Below are positions 29,940-40,447 of a stretch of DNA of 64,000 nucleotides, one piece after another. A program made the position numbers and the translations under genes. The stretch is taken from NCBI GenBank assembly GCA_018433585.1, contig JAHDQW010000005.1, positions 113,059-177,058 on the forward strand, read 5' to 3'. The first letter of the stretch is position 1. Each line of letters opens with the position of its first letter. Origin of the DNA: Candidatus Praeruminimicrobium purgamenti (lineage in GTDB: Bacteria; Elusimicrobiota; Endomicrobiia; Endomicrobiales; Endomicrobiaceae). Below the pieces are notes generated by a model, which did no database searches, had not been told where the DNA came from, and saw only the letters and a list, made by a program, of their open reading frames with translations.

Positions 29940-31523
29940 ATGAAACAAGTAAAAATATTCGATACAACTCTTAGAGACGGATCTCAAGGGGCAGGAATAT
30001 CTTTTTCAGTTGAAGATAAGATGAAAATAGCCGCAGCTTTAGACTCTTTCGGAGTATCATACATTGAATGCGGCTGGCCGGGATCAAATCCAAAAGACGA
30101 AGAATTTTTTAAATTGGCAAAAAATAAATTTAAAAATTCAAAATTAGTGGCTTTTGGATCGACAAGAAGAAAAAATATTAAACCCGAACAGGATGAAAGT
30201 TTAAAAAAAATAATAAGTTCCGGGGTTAAAACTGCGTGTATTTTCGGCAAATCATGGGATCTGCATGTTGAATATGCCCTTAAAACAACAAAAGAAGAAA
30301 ATTTGAAGATGATTTCCGATACGGTATCATTCTTAAAATCAAAAAAGTTTGAGGTAATATACGACGCTGAGCATTTTTTTGACGGCTATATAAACAACAG
30401 AGATTACGCCGTTGAAACTATACGGGCCGCCTCAGACGCCGGAGCTGACATAATATGTCTTTGCGAAACAAACGGAGGAATACTTCCTCTTGATATTCAA
30501 AAAATCGTCACGGAAACAAAAAAAGAGTTTCCTGACAAAATATTAGGAATACATACTCATAACGATTCCGGATGTGCGGTCGCAAATTCGCTGATTGCCG
30601 TAGAATCGGGATGCCAACTTGTTCAGGGAACAATAAACGGTCTCGGAGAAAGATGCGGTAACGCAAATTTGTGTTCAATAATACCTTCTTTGCAGCTGAA
30701 AAAGAAATACCAGTGCGTACCCGGCAAGAGTTTAAAAAAGTTAACGGAACTGTCCAGATATATAGATGAAATAGCCAATATCGTTCCGACGGATTCTTTG
30801 CCTTATGTAGGAAGAAACGCTTTTGCGCATAAAGCGGGCGTTCATGTCTCTGCTATAGATAAAAATTCCAAAACTTATGAACACATCGATCCTAAAGAAA
30901 TCGGCAATTCCAGACAAATTCTTGTAAGCGATTTGTCAGGAAAAAGCAATATTATTTCAAAAGCCGACGAATTATCTCTGGATTTGGAAAACAAACCTGA
31001 AAAAATTCAAAGCATAATAAAAGCAGTAAAAGAAAAAGAAAATAACGGCTACCAGTATGAAAATGCGAACGGTTCTTTTTTTATCCTCACAAAAAAGCTG
31101 GAAACTAAATATGATTCTTTTTTTACTCTTAAAGGATACAGAGTAAGCGTTGAGAAAAACGCGGACGGCTCCATAGTTTCCGAAGCGACTGTAAAACTTG
31201 ACGTCAAAGGAAAAGAGGAACATACCGTTTCAGAAGGAGACGGTCCTGTAAACGCATTGGACAATTGTCTGAGAAAAGCTTTAATTAAATTTTATCCTGA
31301 AATAAAGACTGTTTTACTTACAGATTTTAAGGTAAGGGTTATAAACAGCAATGCAAATACAGCCGCAAAAGTAAGAGTTTTGATTGAATCTAAAGATAAT
31401 AAAATCACTTGGGGAACAATAGGAGTCAGCGAAAACATTATAGACGCCTGCTGGCAGGCCTTAACTGATTCCGTAGAATATAAATTACTGCAAAATAATA
31501 AAATCAGGAGCATAAAAAGATGA
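29940..31523 (+). CDS. cimA: citramalate synthase / 2-isopropylmalate synthase family (CimA-like by length and architecture)
   Basis: 527 aa. [12 protein letters not shown] (HMGL-like barrel) plus a C-terminal LeuA-type regulatory domain. The cimA versus leuA call is not certain. Confidence 0.7.
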   Translation: MKQVKIFDTTLRDGSQGAGISFSVEDKMKIAAALDSFGVSYIECGWPGSNPKDEEFFKLAKNKFKNSKLVAFGSTRRKNIKPEQDESLKKIISSGVKTACIFGKSWDLHVEYALKTTKEENLKMISDTVSFLKSKKFEVIYDAEHFFDGYINNRDYAVETIRAASDAGADIICLCETNGGILPLDIQKIVTETKKEFPDKILGIHTHNDSGCAVANSLIAVESGCQLVQGTINGLGERCGNANLCSIIPSLQLKKKYQCVPGKSLKKLTELSRYIDEIANIVPTDSLPYVGRNAFAHKAGVHVSAIDKNSKTYEHIDPKEIGNSRQILVSDLSGKSNIISKADELSLDLENKPEKIQSIIKAVKEKENNGYQYENANGSFFILTKKLETKYDSFFTLKGYRVSVEKNADGSIVSEATVKLDVKGKEEHTVSEGDGPVNALDNCLRKALIKFYPEIKTVLLTDFKVRVINSNANTAAKVRVLIESKDNKITWGTIGVSENIIDACWQALTDSVEYKLLQNNKIRSIKR

Positions 31524-33169
31524 GAAGCGATGAAATAAAAAAAGGCGCCGTAAGAGCGCCTAACAGATCGTTAATATACGCTACAGGCATAAGTCCTAGA
31601 GATAAAGGCAAACCTTATATAGGCATAGCTTCATCATTTACGGATTTAGTTCCAGGCCATATAGGAATGAGAGATTTGGAAAGATTCGCCGAAAGAGGAA
31701 TAGCGGCAGGAGGAGGAGTTCCTTTTATATTCGGCGTCCCTGCAATATGCGACGGAATATCAATGGGACATGCGGGAATGCATTATTCATTGGCTTCAAG
31801 AGAGCTTATATGCGATATGATCGAGTCAGTCGCAAACGCGCACTGTCTTGACGGGCTTGTTCTTTTGACCAACTGCGATAAAATTACTCCGGGGATGCTT
31901 ATGGCGGCTGCAAGACTTAACATTCCTTCAATAGTTGTTACCGCAGGGCCTATGCTTACCGGAAATTATAATAAAAGAAAAAGATCTTTCGTAAGAGATA
32001 CGTTTGAAGCCGTAGGTTTATACCAAAGCAAAAAAATTGACGCTCATGAATTGCAGTGCCTTGAAATGTCGGCATGTCCCGGGGCAGGCTCATGCCAGGG
32101 ATTATACACGGCAAACACCATGGCATGTCTTACGGAAACAATGGGAATGTCTCTGCCTGGATGCGGAACGGCACCTGCAGTATCTGCAAAAAAGAGAAGA
32201 ATCGCTTATGAATCAGGAATTCAAATAGTTGAATTGATAAAGAAAGATATCACTCCTAAAAAAATATTGACTAAAAACGCATTTCACAATGCAATAGTAG
32301 TCGATATGGCTTTAGGCGGTTCGTCAAATACGGTTCTTCATCTGCCTGCAATAGCAAATGAAGCAGGAATAAATTTAAAACTGGATTTATTTGACGAAAT
32401 ATCAAGAAGCGTCTCCCATATAACTCTTTTAGAGCCTGCCGGCGACCATTATATGGAAGATTTGGATAATGCAGGAGGAATTCCCGCCATATTATCTGCC
32501 GTAAAAGAAAAACTTCTTCCTAACAGAACAGTTTCAGGGAAAAATGTTACGGCCATAGCCGAAGAATCAAAAATATTGGATACTGATGTGATAAGAGTTG
32601 AAAATCCTTATCATAAAGAAGGCGGAATCGCAATATTAAAAGGAAATATCGCTCCTGACGGTTCAGTTGTAAAACAGGCTGCCGTAAGCGAAAAAATGAA
32701 AAAGTTTAAAGGAACCGCAAAAGTATTTAACAGCGAAGAATTGGCAATGAAAGCCATTATGAACGGAGAAATAGAAAAAGGAAACGTTGTCATAATAAGA
32801 TATGAAGGGCCTAAAGGCGGTCCTGGTATGAGAGAAATGCTTGCTCCTACAAGCATGATTCAGGGTATGGGCCTTGCGGACTCTGTAGCGCTGATAACAG
32901 ACGGAAGATTCTCGGGAGGAACCAGAGGTCCTTGTATAGGACATGTTTCTCCGGAAGCTGCAGAAGGCGGAATAATTGCCGTAATTAAAGACGGCGATAC
33001 AGTTGATATTGATATTATCAACAGGTCTATCAACGTAGAATTGTCAGATGAAGAAATAAAAAACAGATTTAAAACGTGGAAAAAGCCTGAACCTAAGATA
33101 AAAAAAGGCTGGTTAAACAGATATTCAAGAATGGTTACTTCGGCAAGTACCGGAGCTGTTCTTAAATAG
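31520..33169 (+). CDS. ilvD: dihydroxy-acid dehydratase
   Basis: 549 aa with CDKITPGM and [11 protein letters not shown] motifs. ATGA overlap with cimA. Confidence 0.95.
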   Translation: MRSDEIKKGAVRAPNRSLIYATGISPRDKGKPYIGIASSFTDLVPGHIGMRDLERFAERGIAAGGGVPFIFGVPAICDGISMGHAGMHYSLASRELICDMIESVANAHCLDGLVLLTNCDKITPGMLMAAARLNIPSIVVTAGPMLTGNYNKRKRSFVRDTFEAVGLYQSKKIDAHELQCLEMSACPGAGSCQGLYTANTMACLTETMGMSLPGCGTAPAVSAKKRRIAYESGIQIVELIKKDITPKKILTKNAFHNAIVVDMALGGSSNTVLHLPAIANEAGINLKLDLFDEISRSVSHITLLEPAGDHYMEDLDNAGGIPAILSAVKEKLLPNRTVSGKNVTAIAEESKILDTDVIRVENPYHKEGGIAILKGNIAPDGSVVKQAAVSEKMKKFKGTAKVFNSEELAMKAIMNGEIEKGNVVIIRYEGPKGGPGMREMLAPTSMIQGMGLADSVALITDGRFSGGTRGPCIGHVSPEAAEGGIIAVIKDGDTVDIDIINRSINVELSDEEIKNRFKTWKKPEPKIKKGWLNRYSRMVTSASTGAVLK

Positions 33170-33199
33170 AATCGGCTTATATATAAAGCTAAAATTATA

Positions 33200-33228
33200 T
33201 TGACAAAAAATGTAAAAACATATAAAAT
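33200..33228 (+). promoter_or_regulatory. candidate sigma70-type promoter of the rpsP-KH-rimM-trmD-rplS operon
   Basis: TTGACA (33200-33205), 17-nt spacer, TAAAAT (33223-33228), 52 nt upstream of the rpsP ATG with AAGGAG SD. Confidence 0.55.
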
Positions 33229-33280
33229 GCTTATTTAGCTTGCACAAGGCAAGAGTATTTTTTGATTTAAGGAGAAGAAG

Positions 33281-33526
33281 ATGAGTGTGAGAATCCGTCT
33301 ACAGAGAATAGGAAGACCTAAAAGAGCCTATTACAGAGTGGTTGCGATCGACCAAAGAGCAAAAAGAAACGGCGAACCTATTGAAATATTAGGACAGTAT
33401 GATCCTGCATTGCCGGAAAATAAATTGTCAGTAAAAATGGAAAGAATAAATTACTGGATAAATACAGGCGCAAAACCTTCTGATACGGTTGCTTCTTTGT
33501 TAAAAAAACAACAGCCTGCTGAATAA
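33281..33526 (+). CDS. rpsP: 30S ribosomal protein S16
   Basis: MSVRIRLQRIGRPKRAYYRVVA. Confidence 0.95.
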   Translation: MSVRIRLQRIGRPKRAYYRVVAIDQRAKRNGEPIEILGQYDPALPENKLSVKMERINYWINTGAKPSDTVASLLKKQQPAE

Positions 33527-33566
33527 TTTGTTTTACATTGATAAATTTACGGTACGGAGATAACAA

Positions 33567-33797
33567 ATGAAAGATTTAATTCTTTATATAGCAAAAGCGC
33601 TTGTTGACAATCCTGACAAAGTTGAAGTTAATGAAGTTGTCGGCGAAAAATCAACGATTTTGGAACTTAAAGTTGCAGACGGAGACAGAGGTAAAATAAT
33701 AGGCAAAGAAGGAAGAATAATAAAAGCAATTAGAATTATTCTCAATTCTGCTTCCGCCAAGCTTGACAAAAGAACTACACTGGAGATAGTAGAATAG
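33567..33797 (+). CDS. KH-domain RNA-binding protein (YlqC-like)
   Basis: 76 aa. The GKIIGKEGRIIKAIR motif (GxxG) and the conserved position between rpsP and rimM. Confidence 0.85.
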   Translation: MKDLILYIAKALVDNPDKVEVNEVVGEKSTILELKVADGDRGKIIGKEGRIIKAIRIILNSASAKLDKRTTLEIVE

Positions 33798-33801
33798 TTA
33801 A

Positions 33802-34119
33802 ATGGGAAGCATTGATAAAGCAGCAAAAAATTTAAAATGGAAAATTGCTGACATTTTAGGTTTTGAAGTTTATGATCAAGACGGTAATATGCTGGGTTTA
33901 TTATCCGGCGTTTTATCTACAGGAACAAATGACGTATGGACTATAAAATCACAAGACGAAGAACTTTTGATTCCTGCTCTTAAGTCTATTGTAACAAAAG
34001 TCAGTGTATCAAGAAAGAATATTTTTGTATGTTTGCCTGAAGGATATAACGATATTTACGGTACAAAACTCAAGCAGGCAGACTTAGAATATCTTGGTTT
34101 AACAGTTTATGAGGATTGA
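33802..34119 (+). CDS. rimM: RimM-like 16S rRNA processing protein, PRC-barrel domain only
   Basis: 105 aa. [44 protein letters not shown] matches the RimM C-terminal PRC barrel. An in-frame TAA sits immediately upstream of the ATG, leaving no room for the N-terminal domain. Confidence 0.7.
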   Translation: MGSIDKAAKNLKWKIADILGFEVYDQDGNMLGLLSGVLSTGTNDVWTIKSQDEELLIPALKSIVTKVSVSRKNIFVCLPEGYNDIYGTKLKQADLEYLGLTVYED

Positions 34120-34810
34120 TATTTTAACAATATTTCCTGAAATGTTTGAAGGGCCTTTAACTTGCAGTTTATTGGCAAAAGCAAGAGAAAAGAAAATACT
34201 TGATATTAATTGCAGCGATATAAGATCTTTTACAAAAGATAAGCATAATACGGTGGACGACAGACCTTTCGGAGGCGGGCCAGGCATGGTAATGAAGCCT
34301 GAACCGATATATTCGGCTCTTAAAAGTTTGGGAGTCAAAAAAAAGAATTCTCTGTATAAAAAACCGTTGAAAAAACCTTATGTTATTTATATGAGTCCAC
34401 AAGGGCAAAAATTAGATACGCAAAAGGTTAAAAAACTTTCTAAATACGAACATTTGGTTTTGCTGTGCGGACACTACGAAGGTATAGATGAAAGAGTTAT
34501 GTCCTGGGTTGACGAAGAAATCTCGATAGGAGATTACGTTTTAACCGGAGGCGAAATTCCGGCAATGGTTTTAATAGACTCGGTTGCCAGAATGCTGCCT
34601 GACGTTGTACAGGATAAATCGTCCGTAGAACAGGATTCTTTTTATGACGGAATACTTGATTATCCGCATTATACAAGACCAGCAAAATTTAAAAATATGA
34701 AAGTTCCTGACGTTTTATTATCAGGCAATCATGCAGAAATAGAAAAATGGCGAAAGCAGCAGTCTTATGAAAGAACAAAAATCAGAAGACCTGACTTATT
34801 AAAAAAATAA
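34109..34810 (+). CDS. trmD: tRNA (guanine37-N1)-methyltransferase
   Basis: 233 aa. [32 protein letters not shown]. Confidence 0.95.
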   Translation: MRIDILTIFPEMFEGPLTCSLLAKAREKKILDINCSDIRSFTKDKHNTVDDRPFGGGPGMVMKPEPIYSALKSLGVKKKNSLYKKPLKKPYVIYMSPQGQKLDTQKVKKLSKYEHLVLLCGHYEGIDERVMSWVDEEISIGDYVLTGGEIPAMVLIDSVARMLPDVVQDKSSVEQDSFYDGILDYPHYTRPAKFKNMKVPDVLLSGNHAEIEKWRKQQSYERTKIRRPDLLKK

Positions 34811-34842
34811 AAACAGTAAATAGTTGATAAAGGAGTATCAAA

Positions 34843-35223
34843 ATGTCGCTTATAGAACAAATTGCAGCATCGCAAAAAAAAGACGTTAAAGTACAGTTTA
34901 AATCAGGAGATACCGTAAAAGTCCACTTCAAAGTTGTCGAAGGCGGAAATGAAAGAATACAGGTGTTCGAAGGCGTTGTTATTCAGAGAAAAGGTTCAGG
35001 TTTGTCTGAAACTTTCACCGCAAGAAAAATTTCTTTCGGCGTAGGCGTAGAGAGAATTTTCCCTCTTCACTCGCCAAGAATCGATAAAATTGAACTTGTA
35101 AGACAGGGAAAAGTCAGAAGAGCCAAACTTTATTACTTAAAGAAACTCTCCGGAAAAGCAGCCAGAATATCTGAAATCAAGAACAAAATAGCCGGCGAAA
35201 AAGAAGAATCTGCAGCAAATTAA
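34843..35223 (+). CDS. rplS: 50S ribosomal protein L19
   Basis: 126 aa with [38 protein letters not shown]. Confidence 0.95.
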   Translation: MSLIEQIAASQKKDVKVQFKSGDTVKVHFKVVEGGNERIQVFEGVVIQRKGSGLSETFTARKISFGVGVERIFPLHSPRIDKIELVRQGKVRRAKLYYLKKLSGKAARISEIKNKIAGEKEESAAN

Positions 35224-35241
35224 CGATAAAAGGAAAATACC

Positions 35242-35841
35242 ATTTTTCTTTTTGATAAAGTATTTTATGATAAAGGACTCAGTTTTGTCTCGGGAGTTGA
35301 TGAGGCAGGGCGGGGTCCTTTAGCAGGTCCGGTGGTAGCCGCGGCAGTAATTCTCCCCAAAGATATTTATATAAAAGACGTTAACGATTCAAAAAAACTT
35401 TCTGAAAAAAAAAGAATTTTTTTGTTTGATATTATTAAAGAAAAAGCGACAGCTTACAGCATCCAAGTAATCGACAATTACGTAATTGACGAAATAAACA
35501 TTTTACAGGCAACTTTTGCCGCCATGAAAAAAGCAGTTGAAACGCTGTCAGTAAAACCGGATATGGTTCTTGTGGACGGAAACCATAAAATACCCGGAAT
35601 AAAGATTAACCAGACGGCAATAGTTTCAGGCGACGCGAAAAGCGCCTGTATCGCCTGCGCTTCTATCCTGGCAAAAGTTACAAGAGACAATATTATGTAC
35701 GAATATGCGAAACAATTTCCTCAATACGGCTTTGAAAAGCATAAAGGCTACGGAACCAAAGCTCATACAGAAAAAATTAAATCTTTCGGTCCTTGCGCAA
35801 TACACAGAAAAACATTCGCGCCGATAAAAGATATTATTTAA
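35242..35841 (+). CDS. rnhB: ribonuclease HII (5' end extended beyond the track ORF; probable ATT start)
   Basis: The track ORF starts at GTG 35332, but the catalytic motif GVDEAGRGPLAGPVV is encoded in-frame at 35293-35337. The frame is open back to TAA 35227-35229 and contains no ATG, GTG or TTG. ATT 35242 follows AAAGGAAAA with about 7-nt spacing. Confidence 0.75.
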   Translation: MFLFDKVFYDKGLSFVSGVDEAGRGPLAGPVVAAAVILPKDIYIKDVNDSKKLSEKKRIFLFDIIKEKATAYSIQVIDNYVIDEINILQATFAAMKKAVETLSVKPDMVLVDGNHKIPGIKINQTAIVSGDAKSACIACASILAKVTRDNIMYEYAKQFPQYGFEKHKGYGTKAHTEKIKSFGPCAIHRKTFAPIKDII

Positions 35842-35844
35842 TTA

Positions 35845-36216
35845 ATGAACTCAACAAACGCTGAAACCGGCAAAAACTACGAAAAAAATGCAGCCGATTA
35901 TCTAAAAAAATCCGGCTTTAAGATAATTGAGATGAATTATCTTTTGCCGCCTGTCGGCGAAATAGACATTATTGCAAAAGATAAAAAAACATTTGTTTTT
36001 GTGGAAGTAAAATTCAGAAAAAATAAAAATTTCGGCAGCCCGTGCGAATTCGTTAACAAATCAAAACAGCTTAAAATAACAAAAACTGCCTTACATTACA
36101 TTAAAAAAAACAAAATAAAAAACGACATACGGTTTGACGTCATTTCAATATGCGGCGAAGTTACGGAACATATTAAAAACGCTTTCTGCATAAACGACAA
36201 AAATTTTTATTTTTAA
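35845..36216 (+). CDS. yraN: YraN-family (UPF0102) endonuclease-like protein
   Basis: 123 aa. GEIDIIAKD...VFVEVKFR motif and conserved position after rnhB. Confidence 0.8.
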   Translation: MNSTNAETGKNYEKNAADYLKKSGFKIIEMNYLLPPVGEIDIIAKDKKTFVFVEVKFRKNKNFGSPCEFVNKSKQLKITKTALHYIKKNKIKNDIRFDVISICGEVTEHIKNAFCINDKNFYF

Positions 36217-36225
36217 ATTTTATCT

Positions 36226-36918
36226 TTATTTCCTGTAACTGCCGCTGTTTTTCTCTTCATTTCTGTTTTTATCCGAATTGTGTTTAATAACAAACCCTTC
36301 GGAAAAATAGATAACTTCTTCGCAAATGTTTGTAGTTAAATCGGCTATTCTTTCAAGATTACCGGATATTGCGATAAGTTTAAGAGCGTTTTTTATGACA
36401 TCTCCGTTCTCTTTCATCAAAACATATAAATCGTCTTTAATAATTTTATTAAGCTTATCTATAATGTCGTCTCTTAAACAAACTTCTTTTGCAAGACAAA
36501 CGTCTTCATTTACAAAAGACTGTATACTGTCTTTTAACATGCTGTTTGTAAGCATTGCCATCTTTGGCAGGTCTATAAGCTGCTTTATATCAGGCTCTTT
36601 TATTAAAGATAAGCTGTACTCCGCAATATTAACGCAGTGGTCTGCCATTCTTTCCAGATCATTGCTCATTTTTATAATGCTTATGATAGTTCTTAAATTT
36701 TTGGAAACAGGCTGGTACTGGGCGATAGTGTTTGCGCATATTTCATCAAATTCTATTTCGTAATTATTGGCGATAGGCTCTTTTATATTTATGACGTCTC
36801 CCAACAAACTTTTATTTTTATCCAAAAGACCTTTGGTAGTTATCTGCAGCATTTTTTCCACAAGGCTTCCGTAATCAATAAGATGCTTTTTTAAATCTTT
36901 TATTCTCTCATTTAACAT
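36226..36918 (-). CDS. phoU: phosphate signalling complex protein PhoU
   Basis: 230 aa with a duplicated PhoU domain (DLERMADH / NLERIADL). Confidence 0.9.
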   Translation of the reverse strand: MLNERIKDLKKHLIDYGSLVEKMLQITTKGLLDKNKSLLGDVINIKEPIANNYEIEFDEICANTIAQYQPVSKNLRTIISIIKMSNDLERMADHCVNIAEYSLSLIKEPDIKQLIDLPKMAMLTNSMLKDSIQSFVNEDVCLAKEVCLRDDIIDKLNKIIKDDLYVLMKENGDVIKNALKLIAISGNLERIADLTTNICEEVIYFSEGFVIKHNSDKNRNEEKNSGSYRK

Positions 36919-36962
36919 TCATTTTTTCCTCTACGAGTATTTTATAGTTTCATACATATAAA

Positions 36963-37736
36963 TTAACCGAATTTCCCGGACAGATATTCTTCTGTTTTAG
37001 GCTGTTTAGGAACTGTAAACATTGTAGCCGTTTTATCAAATTCTATGAGTTCGCCCAGATACATAAACGCCGTGTAATCGGAAACTCTGGCCGCCTGCTG
37101 CATATTATGCGTTACTATTACTATCGTATAAAATTTCTTGAGCTCCAAAATTAATTCTTCGATTTTATTTGTTGATATAGGATCAAGACTTGCACACGGT
37201 TCGTCAAATAAAATAACCTGAGGTTCCACGGCAAGACACCTTGCTATGCATAATCTTTGCTGCTGGCCGCCGGAGAGCATTAAAGCGCTTGTATGAAGCC
37301 TTGTTTTGACTTCTTCCCATAAAGCCGCTTTTCTTAAAGAATCTTCGACTCGTTTTCTTATAAAATCCTTATCTTTTACGCCGTTTACTTCAAGACCGTA
37401 AGCAATATTTTGAAATATGGTTTTAGGAAACGGATTAGGCTTTTGAAATACCATGCCGACTTTTTTTCTTATACTTACGACATCTGTGTTCTTTTCAAGA
37501 ATATCCTGTCCGTCAAATAACAAAGTTCCTTCAGCCCTGGTATTAGGAACTAAATCGTTCATTTTATTAAGCATTCTCAAGAAAGTAGATTTCCCGCAGC
37601 CGGAAGGTCCGATAAAAGCTGTAACTTTTTTATCATAAATATCTATGCTTAAATTTTTAATGGCATGGCTTTGACCGTAATAAAAATTTATATTATCAGC
37701 TTTAATTTTAATTTTTTCTTCATTATTAATTGACAT
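36963..37736 (-). CDS. pstB: phosphate ABC transporter ATP-binding protein
   Basis: 257 aa. [18 protein letters not shown], and a typical PstB N-terminus. Confidence 0.95.
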   Translation of the reverse strand: MSINNEEKIKIKADNINFYYGQSHAIKNLSIDIYDKKVTAFIGPSGCGKSTFLRMLNKMNDLVPNTRAEGTLLFDGQDILEKNTDVVSIRKKVGMVFQKPNPFPKTIFQNIAYGLEVNGVKDKDFIRKRVEDSLRKAALWEEVKTRLHTSALMLSGGQQQRLCIARCLAVEPQVILFDEPCASLDPISTNKIEELILELKKFYTIVIVTHNMQQAARVSDYTAFMYLGELIEFDKTATMFTVPKQPKTEEYLSGKFG

Positions 37737-38577
37737 AAGTGCTCCTATATTTATTTCTTAATATTATTGCAAAAGCAGATATAAGCAAAACAACAGCCAA
37801 AAGTATTAACGAGCAGCCGTAAGCTATGGCAACCTGTTTGTCAGGGTGCGTTCCTTCAGTCATAAGAGCGTATATGTGATACGGTAAAGCCATTGTTTCG
37901 TCAAGAGGAGATTTAGGATAACTTCTTCTGTAAAATGTCGCCGCCGTAAATAAAATAGGAGCCGTTTCGCCCGCCGCTCTTCCTATGCTTAAAATTACTC
38001 CAGTCATAATTCCAGGCAATGCGGTCGGAAGAACTATTTTTCTTATGGTTTGCCACTGTGTAGCGCCCAAAGCAAGAGAAGCCTCTCTTATCGAATAAGG
38101 AACCGCCATCAAAGATTCCTGAGAAGCCGATATTATGCTTGGAAGAATTAACATTGCCAGCGTCAAACTTCCCGATAGAATGGAAACACCGAAACCGAAA
38201 AAGTTTACAAAAACGGCAAGTCCGAATAATCCGAAAACAACGGAAGGCACGCCGGCAAGATTATTTATGCTCATTCTTATTATATTTACCATATACCCTG
38301 TCGGACTGTATTCATTTATATAAATTGCGCATGCTATGCCCAAAGGAAGAGCTATAAGAATTGAACCTACAACCAGGTAAAAAGTCCCTATTATAGCGGG
38401 AGCAACGCCGCCCTCAGTCATTGATTTCCTCGGTATGCTTGTTAAAAATTCCCATGATATCGCGCTTAACCCTTTTGCCGCTATTAAATATATTATGCTC
38501 GCAAGGAAAAAAAGCGTAATTATTATGCAAATCGTTATTATTGAAAAACCTAAAAATTGGCTGATTTTATTTTTCAT
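37726..38577 (-). CDS. pstA: phosphate ABC transporter permease PstA
   Basis: 283 aa. Second permease of the operon, with the EAA-loop region [14 protein letters not shown]. Confidence 0.9.
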   Translation of the reverse strand: MKNKISQFLGFSIITICIIITLFFLASIIYLIAAKGLSAISWEFLTSIPRKSMTEGGVAPAIIGTFYLVVGSILIALPLGIACAIYINEYSPTGYMVNIIRMSINNLAGVPSVVFGLFGLAVFVNFFGFGVSILSGSLTLAMLILPSIISASQESLMAVPYSIREASLALGATQWQTIRKIVLPTALPGIMTGVILSIGRAAGETAPILFTAATFYRRSYPKSPLDETMALPYHIYALMTEGTHPDKQVAIAYGCSLILLAVVLLISAFAIILRNKYRSTYVN

Positions 38578-39458
38578 CTGTTTAACCCTAATTTAACCCT
38601 GTATTTTTTACTTATATGTTCTGCTGCTACGTTAAAAATAAGCGTTACTAAAAATAATATCAGTCCTATTGCAAAAAGAGCGTGGTAATGAGGCGATCCT
38701 ACCGCGGATTCTCCCATTTCGGCCGCTATTGTGGAAGTCATCGGACGAACCGGATCGAAAATAGATTTCGGCATAATTGCCGCGCCGCCAGACACCATTA
38801 AAACCGTCATAGTTTCGCCGACAATTCTGCTCATCCCCAAAATCACCGAAGTCGATATTCCCGACATTGAAGCAGGAATTACAACTTTTATTAAAGTCTG
38901 CCAGCGGTTTGCCCCCAATGCATAGGAAGCCTCTTTAAAACTTTTAGGCACAAAACTTAAAGAATCTTCCGATAAACTTGTTACCGTCGGTATTGCCATT
39001 ATCCCCAAAACCAGACTTGCCGTAAAAGCGCACAACCCTGACGGAATATTTAAAAGATTCTGTAAAAACGGCGCAACTATAAGCATGCCGAAAAATCCGT
39101 AAACTATAGAAGGTATCCCGGCAAGAATTTCTATTATCGGTTTAAGAATTTGTTTTTGTCTGAAAGAAGCTATTTCATTAATATATAAAGCGCTTCCAAG
39201 TCCGAGAGGAACACAGACAATCATTGCCCCTGCCGTTACCCAGAAAGACGCCGCTATCAAAGGCATTATGCCGTATTCGGGAGGATCGTATGTCGGATAC
39301 CAGTGTTTCCCGAAAATGAAATCATGCAGTTTAACTTCTTTAAATATAGGCAGGCTTTCCTTAAACAAAACTATTATTATCCCGAGCAAAAACAACAGCG
39401 ATGCAAACGCAAGAATTGTAAATATTAATTTAATAATTTTTTCTTTTTGACTGTTCAT
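38574..39458 (-). CDS. pstC: phosphate ABC transporter permease PstC
   Basis: 294 aa. First permease of the operon, with KEASYALGANRWQT. Confidence 0.9.
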   Translation of the reverse strand: MNSQKEKIIKLIFTILAFASLLFLLGIIIVLFKESLPIFKEVKLHDFIFGKHWYPTYDPPEYGIMPLIAASFWVTAGAMIVCVPLGLGSALYINEIASFRQKQILKPIIEILAGIPSIVYGFFGMLIVAPFLQNLLNIPSGLCAFTASLVLGIMAIPTVTSLSEDSLSFVPKSFKEASYALGANRWQTLIKVVIPASMSGISTSVILGMSRIVGETMTVLMVSGGAAIMPKSIFDPVRPMTSTIAAEMGESAVGSPHYHALFAIGLILFLVTLIFNVAAEHISKKYRVKLGLNR

Positions 39459-39525
39459 TTTATTTAACTCTCTTATAACTTTTGAAAAATTGTATAAAAT
39501 ATAAGTTAATAAAGAATAAATTAAT

Positions 39526-39542
39526 TGTTAACAAATTGTTAA
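39526..39542 (-). promoter_or_regulatory. candidate Pho box (PhoB/PhoP-type direct repeat) upstream of pstC
   Basis: Minus strand reads TTAACAatttgTTAACA, a hexamer repeated with 11-bp periodicity. It lies between the pstS terminator and pstC. The same hexamer pair occurs at 41772-41788. Confidence 0.45.
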
Positions 39543-39562
39543 TTTTAACATTGTATGCCGGA

Positions 39563-39600
39563 ACAAAAAAAATGCGGGCGTTATAAATTACGCCCGCATT
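39563..39600 (-). terminator. intra-operon Rho-independent terminator/attenuator between pstS and pstC
   Basis: 11-bp perfect stem AATGCGGGCGT (39571-39581) / ACGCCCGCATT (39590-39600). On the minus strand it is followed by a T8 run. It begins 22 nt after the pstS stop. Confidence 0.8.
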
Positions 39601-39622
39601 TTCTATTTAAATTATACCGTAC

Positions 39623-40429
39623 TTATTTCAAACCGACAAAACCTTCTCTCTTTACCAATGCCTGCCCGTCAGCACTCAAAATAAAATCCAAATATTCTTT
39701 TGCTTCTCCCTTTGCAGGTCCGTTTGTATACATAAACAACGGTCTTGAATAAGGATATTTGTTTGAAAGAACCGTTTCAGGAGCAGCTTTAACTCCGTCT
39801 ATTGCGACATCGCTTAAATCTTTCACATAACCTATTCCTACATATCCTATTGCGCCTTTTGTATTTTTAACGGTTGTGGCAACTGCCTGATTTGACGCCT
39901 GCATAAGAGCATCCGCCCTTACTTTTTCTTTGTTCAATGCAAGTTCGTTAAAAGCTTCAAACGTGCCGCTTGAACTGTCTCTTGAAACAACCACTATTTT
40001 TTCGTTTATTCCGCCTACTTCAGACCAGTTTGAAATTTTGCCTGTAAAAATTCCTTTTACCTGGGCTTTGCTCAATTTTCTTACCTGATTCGAAGAATTA
40101 ACGACTACCGCTATTCCGTCCATGGCTACGACATATGCTTTAGGAGCTACTCCGTTTGAACTTGCTTTTTGGAGTTCGGAATCTTTAATTGATCTTGACG
40201 CCGTTGCTATATCGCATTTTTTCGAGATAAGAGAATTAATTCCCACGCCTGAGCCTCCGCCTCTTACCGTTATTTCTATTTCACTGTTAGAATCCATTAT
40301 TTCTTCAGCGGCTCTCTGTGCTACAGGCAAAACCGTAGTTGACCCTTCAACAATAACTTTTGCCAACAATACCGAGTTCACACAGGTTATCATCAGCAGC
40401 ACTGCAAACAAACTTTTAAACAATTTCAT
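39623..40429 (-). CDS. pstS: phosphate ABC transporter substrate-binding protein
   Basis: 268 aa. Signal peptide, plus EGSTTVLP and SRDSSSGT motifs of the PstS/PBP family. Confidence 0.92.
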   Translation of the reverse strand: MKLFKSLFAVLLMITCVNSVLLAKVIVEGSTTVLPVAQRAAEEIMDSNSEIEITVRGGGSGVGINSLISKKCDIATASRSIKDSELQKASSNGVAPKAYVVAMDGIAVVVNSSNQVRKLSKAQVKGIFTGKISNWSEVGGINEKIVVVSRDSSSGTFEAFNELALNKEKVRADALMQASNQAVATTVKNTKGAIGYVGIGYVKDLSDVAIDGVKAAPETVLSNKYPYSRPLFMYTNGPAKGEAKEYLDFILSADGQALVKREGFVGLK

Positions 40430-40447
40430 TTTTTATCTCCTTTTTAA

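Noticed and set aside
33229-33280. Short hairpin CTTGC-acaag-GCAAG followed by a T-run in the rpsP leader, considered as an attenuator.
   Set aside because: The stem is only 5 bp and sits directly before the SD, which is too weak to call.
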